Virus record (IMG/VR): IMGVR_UViG_3300046167_000825
Coordinates: 186,001-250,000 of that record
Reading direction: 5' to 3' (one strand)
Length of the DNA: 64,000 bases
Shown: piece after piece, positions 17,074 through 26,399 of the stretch
How positions within the stretch are numbered: the stretch's first letter is position 1
Layout: every line of letters starts with the position of its first letter
The notes under the pieces: generated by a model
Told to the model about the DNA's origin: nothing
The model's input: the letters and a program-made list of their open reading frames with translations, nothing else
The model's database searches: none
Program-made: the position numbers and the translations under genes

Positions 17074-17933
17074 ACCTCATTGATTTTTTCTAGGGCTTCC
17101 AAACCACCAAGAGGGATACAGTAATCACCCCCGTGCGACTCTCGTGGGTTGATACGAACTAAAGTCGCACCTTGTCTTTGAAACTGTTCTGAGGTTCTTC
17201 TCACAGATGGGATGGATGTCCCCGCCCCAACTTCAATGACAACAGTCTTTCGGAGGTTGACATTTCTGAGCCACTTATCCATTTTTTTGTATTGCTTGTC
17301 AGTTCGAGAACTATCCCAACCCCAGTCACCAAACATAAGGATATTGGGTCGGAGAAGATTGCCTTCACTGTCACGAGGGAGAGGGTTTTGGGCTTGGAGA
17401 TTTTCATTGACGATGACCTCGTAAGGGTCAGCCGAAACTATTGATCCCTTTCTAGTCCCATAACGGGAGTCTATTGGCTGTAAGTGGTGGATTGACCCGT
17501 GACATTCATTGATCTTGTCAGAATTGAAGCCAGCCTTCTGAAAAGCACCATCCACATTGGAGGTGTAGATGAAGTAGTCCCCTTGTTTTTCTTTTGCCCA
17601 TTGGCGAAGGATGTTGAAACCCTTGTGGGGTGTGGTATCACGGTAGAGATTCAAACGGTGTCCATAGAAACCCCAACCGACTTTAGGGTTGGTTTGGAAG
17701 TGTGTGGGGTTCGCCATGTGAGCGAATCCTCCTTGTGATTTCAACATTGGGTAGGCTTTCCAGAAGCCATTGTTCCCACGAAAGTCGGGGAGTCCAGAGT
17801 CGACACCCATACCAGCCCCAGCCGTGAAAATAAGGTGGTTTGCCTCGTAAATTGCTTGTGCTATTTCTGCGAAGTCTGATGTTGTTGTGTGTGTCTTTAA
17901 TGTGTTGTGTGTATATCGCATTTTCAGTTCCAT
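17061..17933 (-). CDS. Sir2-family NAD-dependent deacylase
   Basis: FTAGAGMGVDSGLPDFRG, YTSNVDG, ECHGSI, LRPNILMFGD, EVGAG, RINP. Confidence 0.93.
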   Translation of the reverse strand: MELKMRYTHNTLKTHTTTSDFAEIAQAIYEANHLIFTAGAGMGVDSGLPDFRGNNGFWKAYPMLKSQGGFAHMANPTHFQTNPKVGWGFYGHRLNLYRDTTPHKGFNILRQWAKEKQGDYFIYTSNVDGAFQKAGFNSDKINECHGSIHHLQPIDSRYGTRKGSIVSADPYEVIVNENLQAQNPLPRDSEGNLLRPNILMFGDWGWDSSRTDKQYKKMDKWLRNVNLRKTVVIEVGAGTSIPSVRRTSEQFQRQGATLVRINPRESHGGDYCIPLGGLEALEKINEVYSS

Positions 17934-17936
17934 TTG

Positions 17937-18623
17937 TTATTTGAGATGACGAGCAAGTACGGGATGAAAGTTTATCGGGGTGGGATGTGTGTTCATATAA
18001 GACTTAGTTCCTAGAAGGATTTCAGAACATATCCCTTGTAAGAGAGTCAGAGTGGCATTCTCTGCCTTTTTGAGTTGAGGATGGCATTGTTGCCGAAGAG
18101 TATATTGATTTAAGAGGAAGAGTAACACTCCTTGAAAGGAAGATTTAGATGCTTTTATGTGGTCATAGTAAAGTTTTTTGAAAGAGTCCTCTACTTGTAC
18201 TTGAGCCGCATAGGGGGGTCTAGGCTGTAAAAGAGAAGAAGTATTGATGTCTTTCTGAGGGATATCCCAATGGGATAACTTGCTCATGAGCAATTCATAC
18301 TGATATCGATCTAGATGGGCCTTGATCTCTCTAACGTACGAGGGGTTCATTTGAAACACAAGTGTGTGTGTCTTACCGACAATTTCATCCAACTGTACGG
18401 CATACCACAGACAATCGGTAAATGAGGCAATCACAATTTTCTTGACACCCCTCTGGAGGGCTGCCTTTGTAAGGGTCATTTTCAGTGTGAACTGAGTGGG
18501 TAGATCCCCCAATAAGGTTTCAGACCTTCGTTGTGGGTGAAGATGGCAACAACGATTTGCGTTGATGTTATAGGTTGCATCGCAGAGCATTTGGATGAAA
18601 TTGGGTTGTGGAGGTAGTGTCAT
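17937..18623 (-). CDS. hypothetical protein
   Basis: 228 aa ORF in the operon ending with Sir2. Confidence 0.65.
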   Translation of the reverse strand: MTLPPQPNFIQMLCDATYNINANRCCHLHPQRRSETLLGDLPTQFTLKMTLTKAALQRGVKKIVIASFTDCLWYAVQLDEIVGKTHTLVFQMNPSYVREIKAHLDRYQYELLMSKLSHWDIPQKDINTSSLLQPRPPYAAQVQVEDSFKKLYYDHIKASKSSFQGVLLFLLNQYTLRQQCHPQLKKAENATLTLLQGICSEILLGTKSYMNTHPTPINFHPVLARHLK

Positions 18624-18633
18624 GAGGTTTGTC

Positions 18634-19236
18634 CTATGTGTGTGTTTTGATAAAATTAGTGAAAAAGTTGAACTGTCCAGTAGGAGGGCTGTCGTTGATG
18701 TAATCCATTAAGTGAAGATATGTTCCGTAATTGACTTGGGCTTCAATCTCTCTCAAGAACTTTGGGGTGTCGGATCTCAGTGCAGTGTTACTTTGTTGAA
18801 GAAGCCATTGAAGTGCTTCCGAAGTTGAAGAACACTTGCGTAGTTGAATGGCATAACAGTTCTTGCAGTAGTTCCGATAATAGTCGTTGGAAGTCTTATC
18901 CATTTTCTTTTCTGTGAAATAACGGTCGATACTCCGAAGGGATTGTTTATTGAAAGACATCTTGGCTACGACTTTTTTGATGAAAAGTTGATAGTTATAA
19001 TAAGCCTTGTTTGCCTCGACACAGTTGATGAGTTCGGGGCTTGCCACAAAAGAACAAACAGTATTCTCACCCACTTCAGTCTGTTGGAATAGCCCGTAGT
19101 CCTCGAAAGTAGGGGTTGAAAATGATTGTGTGGGAACTACGACCTCAAACTGTCGGGGGATGCCCCCCACAAGTTCAAAAGAACATGTGAAAGTTGCAGA
19201 CTGGCATTTGTTTGGTGATTTCTGTTTGGAGTTCAT
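18634..19236 (-). CDS. hypothetical protein
   Basis: 200 aa ORF. Confidence 0.65.
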   Translation of the reverse strand: MNSKQKSPNKCQSATFTCSFELVGGIPRQFEVVVPTQSFSTPTFEDYGLFQQTEVGENTVCSFVASPELINCVEANKAYYNYQLFIKKVVAKMSFNKQSLRSIDRYFTEKKMDKTSNDYYRNYCKNCYAIQLRKCSSTSEALQWLLQQSNTALRSDTPKFLREIEAQVNYGTYLHLMDYINDSPPTGQFNFFTNFIKTHT

Positions 19237-19276
19237 GGGTTATATATTTATTTGGGGGCATTTTCGTTCCTATTTG

Positions 19277-19756
19277 TCAAAGTTGATAGTTTGTGGGTTC
19301 GGTTTGGTCAATGAAGAAAGCAATTGCAAGTTTACGGATGAGTTCCTCGTTCGGGAAAACTTTCGCATAAGTGTCGGGTAAGACATGTGGTAGCCATTCG
19401 TAGGCAGCATCGCATATCTCTGGGGTGTTATAGTCCTCGTCAATATTGAACTCGTCAATGAGAGTGGTTTCCCAAAGAGCATCCATTTCGTCTAGCACCC
19501 AATCGACCCAATCTTCACGATGTATATATGCCACCATTTCAAGGAAAATCGGTGAGGTGATATCGTGATAGATAGGGAGTCCTTTTGCACCGATTTCAAA
19601 CAGACCTTGCCCATCTGAAAATAGAAGCCAATCCTCCCTCCCATCTATTTCCCAACAGAAAATCCCTTCGACTGTATAAGCATTCTGAAAGCGATTTGAA
19701 AAGGTTTTGACACCACCAAATTGCCACCAAGCACATTGCATTAAATCCATTTTCAT
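19277..19756 (-). CDS. hypothetical acidic protein
   Basis: AAGGAG RBS, first gene after the class A promoter. Confidence 0.75.
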   Translation of the reverse strand: MKMDLMQCAWWQFGGVKTFSNRFQNAYTVEGIFCWEIDGREDWLLFSDGQGLFEIGAKGLPIYHDITSPIFLEMVAYIHREDWVDWVLDEMDALWETTLIDEFNIDEDYNTPEICDAAYEWLPHVLPDTYAKVFPNEELIRKLAIAFFIDQTEPTNYQL

Positions 19757-19772
19757 TCTCCTTGTTGGTTCT

Positions 19773-19801
19773 TATACGGAAAGAGGGCTTAGAAGCGATC
19801 C
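19773..19801 (-). promoter_or_regulatory. class A promoter GGATCG-N17-CGTATA
   Basis: exact motif on the minus strand. Confidence 0.8.
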
Positions 19802-19824
19802 TACTCCCAAGCCCTCTATAAAGG

Positions 19825-20010
19825 TCAGCCCCATTTGCCCCGACAAGCACCTTTGTCTTTCTTCTTTTTCTTGTCTGGGATGACGGTGTGTGTTCCTCTC
19901 CAAGAAGCCATGTCACCACCATTTTCAAAGTGGCTTCTTCGCATTTCACCACGAACTCCAGAGAGTTGCTTGAGTTGTTGTTTGAGAGATTTTTTTTCTT
20001 TCCTAGTCAT
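19825..20010 (-). CDS. small very basic protein
   Basis: AGGAGG RBS; ...TVIPDKKKKKDKGACRGKWG. Confidence 0.7.
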   Translation of the reverse strand: MTRKEKKSLKQQLKQLSGVRGEMRRSHFENGGDMASWRGTHTVIPDKKKKKDKGACRGKWG

Positions 20011-20043
20011 AACGACCTCCTATCTTTTGATTGCTTCCTCATA

Positions 20044-20072
20044 TATACGGAAAACTTAAAAAGATGCAACCG
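20044..20072 (-). promoter_or_regulatory. class A promoter CGGTTG-N17-CGTATA
   Basis: bipartite motif on the minus strand. Confidence 0.75.
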
Positions 20073-20122
20073 CACGATTCTATCAATAATCGAGTTAGGG
20101 TAAAGCATAGGGAGGCAAGCCA

Positions 20123-20593
20123 ATGATTTTAGAACCAGATGATTATTTATATCTTCAAGATGGAACATACTTACACACAAAGGAAAGAAGTTCTTCGGCT
20201 TGGCTTTCTGTTTACAATGAATTGCAGAAGGCACTCAAAGCAAGAATCTTCGACAAAGTCGTTCTCGTTACGGGATTACCAGCATCGGGCAAAACGACAT
20301 GGGTCAAGATGCACAACAAAGAGTGGGTCATTTACATTGTGGATGCTGACCTTGTTGGGAAGGAATTGCGAAAAGAAGTTATCCACCAAATCCGAGAACA
20401 CGACAGTAACATCCCTATTGGGATTGTCTTCTTGGATACAAATAGAGATGTGTGTCTGGAAAGAAATGCTAAAAGATCGGCTGACAGACTTATCCCTTTG
20501 TCGGCTTACGCTGACATGACATCTGTGTTTTGCTACCCCTCGACACTTGAAGGTTTTGACCACATACATTTTAAGTGGAACTTTTCTGTATAA
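20123..20593 (+). CDS. P-loop kinase (polynucleotide kinase / AAA_33-like)
   Basis: VTGLPASGKTTW, LDTNRDVCLERNAKR. Confidence 0.8.
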   Translation: MILEPDDYLYLQDGTYLHTKERSSSAWLSVYNELQKALKARIFDKVVLVTGLPASGKTTWVKMHNKEWVIYIVDADLVGKELRKEVIHQIREHDSNIPIGIVFLDTNRDVCLERNAKRSADRLIPLSAYADMTSVFCYPSTLEGFDHIHFKWNFSV

Positions 20594-20634
20594 TTTTTCT
20601 ATTCTCTCTCCCTATATTAGAAAGAGGGGGAATC

Positions 20635-20784
20635 GTGTGGGAAATGTTCATCAAACTTCAAACTGAAATCCGAAAAGCAGAACGAAGGGTAAAAGAACTA
20701 GAGAACGAACTAGAGAAGACAACCAGAGAACTAGATAGGGTTAGAGAAGAAAACAAAGCCCTCCGAAAAGACAACGGAGATTAA
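20635..20784 (+). CDS. small coiled-coil protein
   Basis: GAGGGGG RBS, GTG start at 20635. Confidence 0.6.
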   Translation: MWEMFIKLQTEIRKAERRVKELENELEKTTRELDRVREENKALRKDNGD

Positions 20785-20785
20785 A

Positions 20786-21760
20786 ATGTATAATCCTTTA
20801 GGAAATCTCAGAAGAAGGATCTCGGAAAGTGGTGGGTTCTTCAATGCTCACGCACACCTAGATAGAGCCTTCACGGTGACTGAGATGGATATGATTCTCA
20901 CCAAGCAACCCCTCATGAAAAAATGGGAACTGGTTGATGAGGTGAAGAAGAACAGCAGTGAAGAAGATTACTATCAAAGGATTTGCTACGCCCTCCGAAC
21001 ACAACAAGAAAAAGGGGTTAGTTCGGTGACGACCTTTGTGGATATCGACCCCATCGTGGAGTTGCGAGCCATCCGAGGAGCAGTCCGAGCAAAGAAGTTC
21101 GCAAAAGAAATCGGAGTGGAACTCTCTATCGCTTCCCAAACATTGAAAGGGATTGTCCCAAACTACCCTAGAAGATTATTGGAAAAATGCCTCACAGAAG
21201 GTTGGTTGGATGTCATTGGGTCACTCCCAAAAGCAGATAAAGATACAGATAGACACCTTGACACCGTCTGTTCAATGGCTCGTGCCGCTCATTTACCTCT
21301 CCATGTTCATGTCGACCAAAACAATAGTCCGACCGAAAAGGAAACCGAGCAGTTGGCTCGGAAGACAATCCAGTTCGGTATGGAAGGTTGGGTCACGGCT
21401 GTCCACTGTATTTCCCTCGCAACACACCCAAAAGCATACCGACAAAGGGTTTATAACCTAGCGAAGGATTCGGGCTTGATGTTCGTGGCTTGTCCTACGG
21501 CTTGGCTTGATCACCCTCGCAATGAAACCCTAATGCCGTTCCATAATGCTCTCACCCCAGTCGATGAACTCATTGCCAATGGTTTGGTGGTAGGGATAGG
21601 TTCAGATAACATACACGACATCTACAAGCCTTTCTGTGATGGGGATATGCTCACAGAGTTGAGGGTGTTGTTGGAGGGTTGTAAAATCTATGATTCAGAG
21701 GAGTTGTTTTATATCGCCACTGTGAATGGTAGGAAAACCATAAAAAAAGCCCTTCGGTAA
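20786..21760 (+). CDS. amidohydrolase-superfamily deaminase (cytosine deaminase CodA-like)
   Basis: NAHAHLD, LHVHVDQ, TAVHC, GIGSDNIHD. Confidence 0.85.
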   Translation: MYNPLGNLRRRISESGGFFNAHAHLDRAFTVTEMDMILTKQPLMKKWELVDEVKKNSSEEDYYQRICYALRTQQEKGVSSVTTFVDIDPIVELRAIRGAVRAKKFAKEIGVELSIASQTLKGIVPNYPRRLLEKCLTEGWLDVIGSLPKADKDTDRHLDTVCSMARAAHLPLHVHVDQNNSPTEKETEQLARKTIQFGMEGWVTAVHCISLATHPKAYRQRVYNLAKDSGLMFVACPTAWLDHPRNETLMPFHNALTPVDELIANGLVVGIGSDNIHDIYKPFCDGDMLTELRVLLEGCKIYDSEELFYIATVNGRKTIKKALR

Positions 21761-21771
21761 AGAAGGGCTTT
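21746..21771. terminator. hairpin between convergent genes, likely bidirectional terminator
   Basis: AAAGCCCTTC-GGTAAA-GAAGGGCTTT. Confidence 0.65.
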
Positions 21772-21791
21772 CGCTGTGTGAAAGTTACAGA

Positions 21792-21935
21792 TTACTCTGC
21801 TGTGTCAGAACCAGTGTCTTCACCTTCTGCACCCGAATCAGATTCTTCGGCAGTGTCGGTGGTTTCAGTTTCTTCAGCAGCAGTGTCTTCTAATTCTTTC
21901 TCGCCACAAGCAAGAGTGAGTAAAAATAGCAACAT
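21792..21935 (-). CDS. 47-aa acidic lipoprotein (not in ORF track)
   Basis: GGAGG RBS; MLLFLLTLA|CGEKELEDTAAEETETTDTAEESDSGAEGEDTGSDTAE with lipobox LAC. Confidence 0.75.
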   Translation of the reverse strand: MLLFLLTLACGEKELEDTAAEETETTDTAEESDSGAEGEDTGSDTAE

Positions 21936-22045
21936 AAGTCACCTCCATGAAAGTTATTACTTTGGCAAGTATAACACATTTATCCCTTTGTGGTTTTTTT
22001 CATTGAGAGACTGTCTAGGAGGTGATCTGAGAAAAAGTCAAATGG

Positions 22046-22058
22046 TTGTTTGCCTATA
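22046..22058 (+). promoter_or_regulatory. class B promoter variant TTGTTTGCCTATA
   Basis: before phoH; followed by CAGACCCTT as at the 2826 site. Confidence 0.45.
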
Positions 22059-22098
22059 CAGACCCTTAATTGTTGTAACCCCCAAAACGGAGAATCTT

Positions 22099-23421
22099 TT
22101 GAAAAAATTGTATGTTATTGACACATCGGTGTTAATCCACGACCCCGATTGTATTTACAAGTTCATCGGAAACGATATCGCCATACCTATCTTTGTCATT
22201 GTCGAACTAGATGATTTGAAAGAGAAGAAGAACAAGCCCAATGTGGCTTATGCTTCGAGATGTGCCTCACGAACTATCCAGAATATTCATGCACTAGGAA
22301 ACATTCGTGAAGGAGTTCATCTGGAAACTCAAGACATCAATGTCAAGGTGATTGGAACTACTGGTGGGGAAGGTGGAATAAAAGCCCTCCAAGAATCTAA
22401 CAATCCCCGAAAAATGGATCTGTGGATACTTCAAAGTGCCTTGAATGAACAAGTGAACTACGAGGAAGTTATTCTCGTATCGAAAGACTTGAACTTACGC
22501 TTGCTTGCAGAGGGAGAAGGTTTAATCGCAGAAGATTACGAAACCAATAAAGTCTTGGTCAGTGAAGTCTATAAAGGCTTCCGTGATTTGGGTGAGATAG
22601 AATACTCTGCCGAACTGTACATCCCAGAACTGGAAGTTGAAGCAGATGAGTGGGTTGATGACCCCTTAGAAAATGAGTTTTACATTTCACATGCTGAGGG
22701 CAAGACATTTTTATCAAGAAACCTTGAGGGAGTTCTCGTGCCAGTGGCTAAAGAGTTCAGTACAACAATCCAGCCTAGAAACATCGAACAGAGAATGGCT
22801 CTTGATATTCTGCTTGACCCCGACATCAAACTTATTTGCCTTGTAGGGAAAGCGGGGACGGGGAAAACCATCTTGGCTCTCGCTGGGGCTTTAGCCCAAC
22901 TGCATAACCCCTACGATAAAATCATGTTGTCGAAACCCATCATAGATATGGGGAACTCCATCGGCTTCCTCCCTGGCGAACTAGACGATAAACTAGCCCC
23001 GTGGATGGAATCCTATTTTGACAACTTGTCTCAGTTAATCCCTAGCAAGACAAAACTGCAAGGGAAGTATGCCTCTAAAGAAGTACCTCACTGGAGATAT
23101 CTCCTAGATACGGGAAGCATCGTCATGCAACCCATAAACTCTATCAGAGGGCGTAGTATCTCAGATGCTTATATGATTATAGATGAGGCTCAGAACTTGA
23201 CTCCTCACGAAGTCAAAACACTCATCACTCGTGCTGCTGAAGGAACGAAAGTCATTCTGATGGGTGACCCATTCCAAGTGGATAGTCCTTTCCTTGATCA
23301 GAACTCAAATGGTTTGACTTATGTGTGTGATAAAATGAAAGGCTCAAAAATCTTTGGGGCTGTTTTCTTCTCACAAGGTGTTCGATCTCAATTGGCAGAG
23401 GAAGCCGCTACGAGATTGTAG
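22099..23421 (+). CDS. phoH: PIN-PhoH ATPase (PhoH2-like)
   Basis: PIN YVIDTSVLIHDP; Walker A GKAGTGKT; RGRSI, IIDEAQN, GDPFQ; GGAG RBS before TTG 22099. Confidence 0.92.
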   Translation: MKKLYVIDTSVLIHDPDCIYKFIGNDIAIPIFVIVELDDLKEKKNKPNVAYASRCASRTIQNIHALGNIREGVHLETQDINVKVIGTTGGEGGIKALQESNNPRKMDLWILQSALNEQVNYEEVILVSKDLNLRLLAEGEGLIAEDYETNKVLVSEVYKGFRDLGEIEYSAELYIPELEVEADEWVDDPLENEFYISHAEGKTFLSRNLEGVLVPVAKEFSTTIQPRNIEQRMALDILLDPDIKLICLVGKAGTGKTILALAGALAQLHNPYDKIMLSKPIIDMGNSIGFLPGELDDKLAPWMESYFDNLSQLIPSKTKLQGKYASKEVPHWRYLLDTGSIVMQPINSIRGRSISDAYMIIDEAQNLTPHEVKTLITRAAEGTKVILMGDPFQVDSPFLDQNSNGLTYVCDKMKGSKIFGAVFFSQGVRSQLAEEAATRL

Positions 23422-23531
23422 GGCGAACTAGAGATACTCACGTTGCGAAAAAACGTGATTACCCCTAAGAGTGAAGTCGGATTTTTTTTACGAAAAAGAT
23501 ATTTTTTAATGGGATATTCAAGGTTGAACCT

Positions 23532-23891
23532 ATGATTGCGTGGTATATATTTTTGTTGATGTTGTTGGAAATAACGATATTTGTTCGAGGGAACGCCAAG
23601 TTTGTTTGGGGTTTGGAACTCCATCCTTTAGAGTGGTGGTTATATGTAGGCTGGTTTAGTTCGCTCGTAGGTTTAACCTCTTGGTGGGGTTTGGTTAACA
23701 TGTTGGGAGTCTGGAAAGCGACTGTCCTTGTGATGGCGTTATCTATGTCGATGAGTTTCTGTTTGAAATGGTACTTTTTTTATCCACCTTCCATCAGAAA
23801 CTTTCTCGCACTAGGTTTGTGTTGGGTGGCGGTATTCGTTGCTGAGGGTGAAGTGACCCCTCCAACGGAACAAACCATTGAGGAGAAGTGA
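23532..23891 (+). CDS. small multi-pass membrane protein
   Basis: about four hydrophobic segments. Confidence 0.65.
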   Translation: MIAWYIFLLMLLEITIFVRGNAKFVWGLELHPLEWWLYVGWFSSLVGLTSWWGLVNMLGVWKATVLVMALSMSMSFCLKWYFFYPPSIRNFLALGLCWVAVFVAEGEVTPPTEQTIEEK

Positions 23892-24205
23892 TGCTGTGGG
23901 CAGTAATAAAGACATTTGGTTGGAAGTTCGGACTTGAGAACTGGGGGCTAGGTCTTTTTTGGAGATGGCATCACCGAAACCAAAAAGATATTTATCGGAG
24001 CAACTGTCGTCAAGATATCCGAGATATGGTTCAGAGGTGGTATCTCTTTGAAAAAGAAGAACCTCGTGATCACGAAATGATTGTGGTTGGTGTCTTATCC
24101 TCGTGGATTGTTTTGAGGGCATACGAGGAAGACCAAATGGCACTGGTGTCTTTAATGAAAGATGAACTATCAAAAAGAGTGATGTGGCTTGAAGGTGGCT
24201 TGTAG
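23888..24205 (+). CDS. hypothetical protein
   Basis: GTGA overlap with the previous gene. Confidence 0.6.
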   Translation: MMLWAVIKTFGWKFGLENWGLGLFWRWHHRNQKDIYRSNCRQDIRDMVQRWYLFEKEEPRDHEMIVVGVLSSWIVLRAYEEDQMALVSLMKDELSKRVMWLEGGL

Positions 24206-24232
24206 GGTATAGTGAGCCTCAAGGGAGGGCTT

Positions 24233-24490
24233 ATGATAGCAAGAGAAGATTACGGCACGGTGTTAATCACGCAAGGGGAACACGCTGGCACAATTGGCTA
24301 TTATGATGATGACATAGATGAGTTGGAGGCAGTGGTCTATATTGGGAAGGCTCTCTTCCAAGAGGGATTAACGATTCTGAGGGAACACCTAGAACCGACA
24401 GATGAAAAGATCATCTTGTTATCCCTCCATAGGCTCTTGAATAAGCATCCAGAGGTGAAGGATTACTTTGGTCTTGTCCTAAGAGGATAA
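24233..24490 (+). CDS. hypothetical protein (KOW-like N-terminus)
   Basis: GGGAGG RBS; VLITQGEHAGTIG. Confidence 0.6.
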   Translation: MIAREDYGTVLITQGEHAGTIGYYDDDIDELEAVVYIGKALFQEGLTILREHLEPTDEKIILLSLHRLLNKHPEVKDYFGLVLRG

Positions 24491-24492
24491 AA

Positions 24493-25341
24493 CTACTTGA
24501 TCAAGCCTTTCCCAACAAGTTGAAAGAAGATACCGAATCGTAGTTTCTTGCTCAAACGGATTTTGTTGTCGTTGGAATCCATTACGGGGTGCTTGACCAT
24601 TCTCATTCGCCCAAAGGCTTTCAAAGAATCTTTATTGGCTTTGAGTCGTGCTGCTTGTGCTTCTTTGAGAGCCGACAACAGAACTGCCTCTTGCTCTTGT
24701 CGGGATAAGCCCATTTCAGCGAACTGTCCTCGCATGATATTGACACCGTAATCTGACATCTCGGTGAGAAGTCTTTTCTTTTCAGAACCAGAAGCGAACT
24801 CCAACTGGTCAAATAGAGAAGGAGATGCCTTCTTTTCGGAAGCAGATTTCATCCCACCGAGATGGTCGAACTTGCCTTTATTGATACGACTGTCGAGCCA
24901 ACTCTGGAAGCCCCTCCAAGAGGGATGAGTGCCAAAAGACTCAACGACCTCCCGTCTGTCGATATCTATCAAATACATGTCATAAGTATCTCGCCAAGAT
25001 TCTTCCCACTGCTCATTTCGGAGAGCAAGGAAACCATACCCGTCAGCGACCTCTTTGAGGAATATCGACTGGGTTCTATCACCCTTGTCACCCATAATGA
25101 TGACTTTGGCTGGAACTCGGTCACCCTTTTTCATTTGAGGGAAAGAGGGCTTACTAGAAGCAGTTCTACGGCTATTTTGCCATTCGTTATTGATTGCTTT
25201 CAGAACCTTGTGCCGTTTGATAAGATCGACAGAATCCTCCAAACCTTCTCGGTTGAGGACTTTCATTAGTTGACTCATCAGTTCGATAGGGTTCTCTTTG
25301 TTAAATGCTTCTTTTTTCATAGGGGTCTCCTTCAAAGTCAC
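24493..25341 (-). CDS. hypothetical, possible internal head protein
   Basis: RRTASS, MKSASEKKASP motifs; class B promoter upstream. Confidence 0.7.
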   Translation of the reverse strand: MTLKETPMKKEAFNKENPIELMSQLMKVLNREGLEDSVDLIKRHKVLKAINNEWQNSRRTASSKPSFPQMKKGDRVPAKVIIMGDKGDRTQSIFLKEVADGYGFLALRNEQWEESWRDTYDMYLIDIDRREVVESFGTHPSWRGFQSWLDSRINKGKFDHLGGMKSASEKKASPSLFDQLEFASGSEKKRLLTEMSDYGVNIMRGQFAEMGLSRQEQEAVLLSALKEAQAARLKANKDSLKAFGRMRMVKHPVMDSNDNKIRLSKKLRFGIFFQLVGKGLIK

Positions 25342-25352
25342 TATCTCTTGAG

Positions 25353-25365
25353 TATAGAGAGATTA
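25353..25365 (-). promoter_or_regulatory. class B promoter TAATCTCTCTATA
   Basis: exact motif overlapping the upstream stop codon. Confidence 0.6.
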
Positions 25366-25686
25366 TTTCTTCATGATATCTTTGGTGTCTGAACCCTCTG
25401 GGAGTTTTTCAACAGCCAAATCAATCAGAGAGGTATTAGCGAGAACAGACTTCAGTTCGTGGAAAGACCTTTTCCAATCTTGTTCGAGGAGTACCTCTGT
25501 TTTCCCTTCGTGACCATGAATGGTACGAACATCCCCAATGCTATCATAAACACCCGTAGAAGGAGTGTCACTCAACCAAGTGAGGGCTACCTTCCCGTTA
25601 TCGAATATGACTCCTTGTGCTATTCTCCCAGTGCCACTGACCCCACTGTCATCTTCGACACGGTGTAAATAAAATAACTTTGCCAT
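25363..25686 (-). CDS. conserved phage hypothetical protein
   Basis: LHRVEDDSGVSGTGRIAQG...HGHEGKT; GGAG RBS before ATG 25686. Confidence 0.8.
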   Translation of the reverse strand: MAKLFYLHRVEDDSGVSGTGRIAQGVIFDNGKVALTWLSDTPSTGVYDSIGDVRTIHGHEGKTEVLLEQDWKRSFHELKSVLANTSLIDLAVEKLPEGSDTKDIMKK

Positions 25687-25697
25687 AAAAAATCTCC

Positions 25698-26060
25698 TTA
25701 GCCATTCAACCAGTCTTGGAAAGCGGCTTCCCATTCGGGTTTCATTTGAAAATGATGATATCCACATTGAGGTTCGTATTGAACAATTAGTTGTCGTACT
25801 CTTTGGAAATCGGGGGGATTGGTTGTTGTCCTTTCAAGAAGCCCATAAGGTCTCCCCGTCAGAAAAGCATAAGCAAGATGATGATATCTTGCATTTTCGC
25901 TAACAAACATATGTTCCTTCTGGAAGAAGGCTTTGTTGCTTGCTATCTTTTTTGCTTTTCTATTCAAGCGAGCCGAATAAGAAAGAACCTTGACACTCAA
26001 CCTCAACCTTTCAAGAGCAAATCGACTAACAGAATCCTTGCTCAACTTATTGACCGTCAT
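25698..26060 (-). CDS. conserved phage hypothetical protein
   Basis: ARYHHLAYAFLTGRPY; start overlaps the HU stop. Confidence 0.7.
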   Translation of the reverse strand: MTVNKLSKDSVSRFALERLRLSVKVLSYSARLNRKAKKIASNKAFFQKEHMFVSENARYHHLAYAFLTGRPYGLLERTTTNPPDFQRVRQLIVQYEPQCGYHHFQMKPEWEAAFQDWLNG

Positions 26061-26328
26061 TGAGATCCTCTTTGAAAGCCCTAGAACATCTAAAAGAAGC
26101 AATCTTTCTATTTGGGATCTCTAAGGGTTCTCTTGTTCTAGGGTCAACCCCTTTGAATCCTTTTCTTTCAGAGGGTGTGAATGAACCAAATCCCGACAAG
26201 GTCACTCTATCCCCATCCTTAATAGATTCTTTGATAGCCCCAATGAACCCATCAATCAGAATAAGGACTTCCTTCTTTGATTTTCCGTGTTCTTTCGCCA
26301 ACCTTCTAATTATTTCTGTTTTGTTCAT
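26047..26328 (-). CDS. hup: HU/IHF-like DNA-binding protein
   Basis: MNKTEII, VTLSGFGSF, GVDPRTREPLEIP, FRCS; AGGAG RBS. Confidence 0.93.
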   Translation of the reverse strand: MNKTEIIRRLAKEHGKSKKEVLILIDGFIGAIKESIKDGDRVTLSGFGSFTPSERKGFKGVDPRTREPLEIPNRKIASFRCSRAFKEDLNDGQ

Positions 26329-26399
26329 ATATACTCCTATTCTCACAAGAGTCATCTCATTGAAAGATTAACGAACCTTTCAGATATAATCTTTGATTT

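Noticed and set aside
21778-22098. Ser-rich N-terminal extension of PhoH in the ORF track
   Set aside because: It is the antisense shadow of the 47-aa lipoprotein; an RBS and TTG at 22099 fit the PIN domain start
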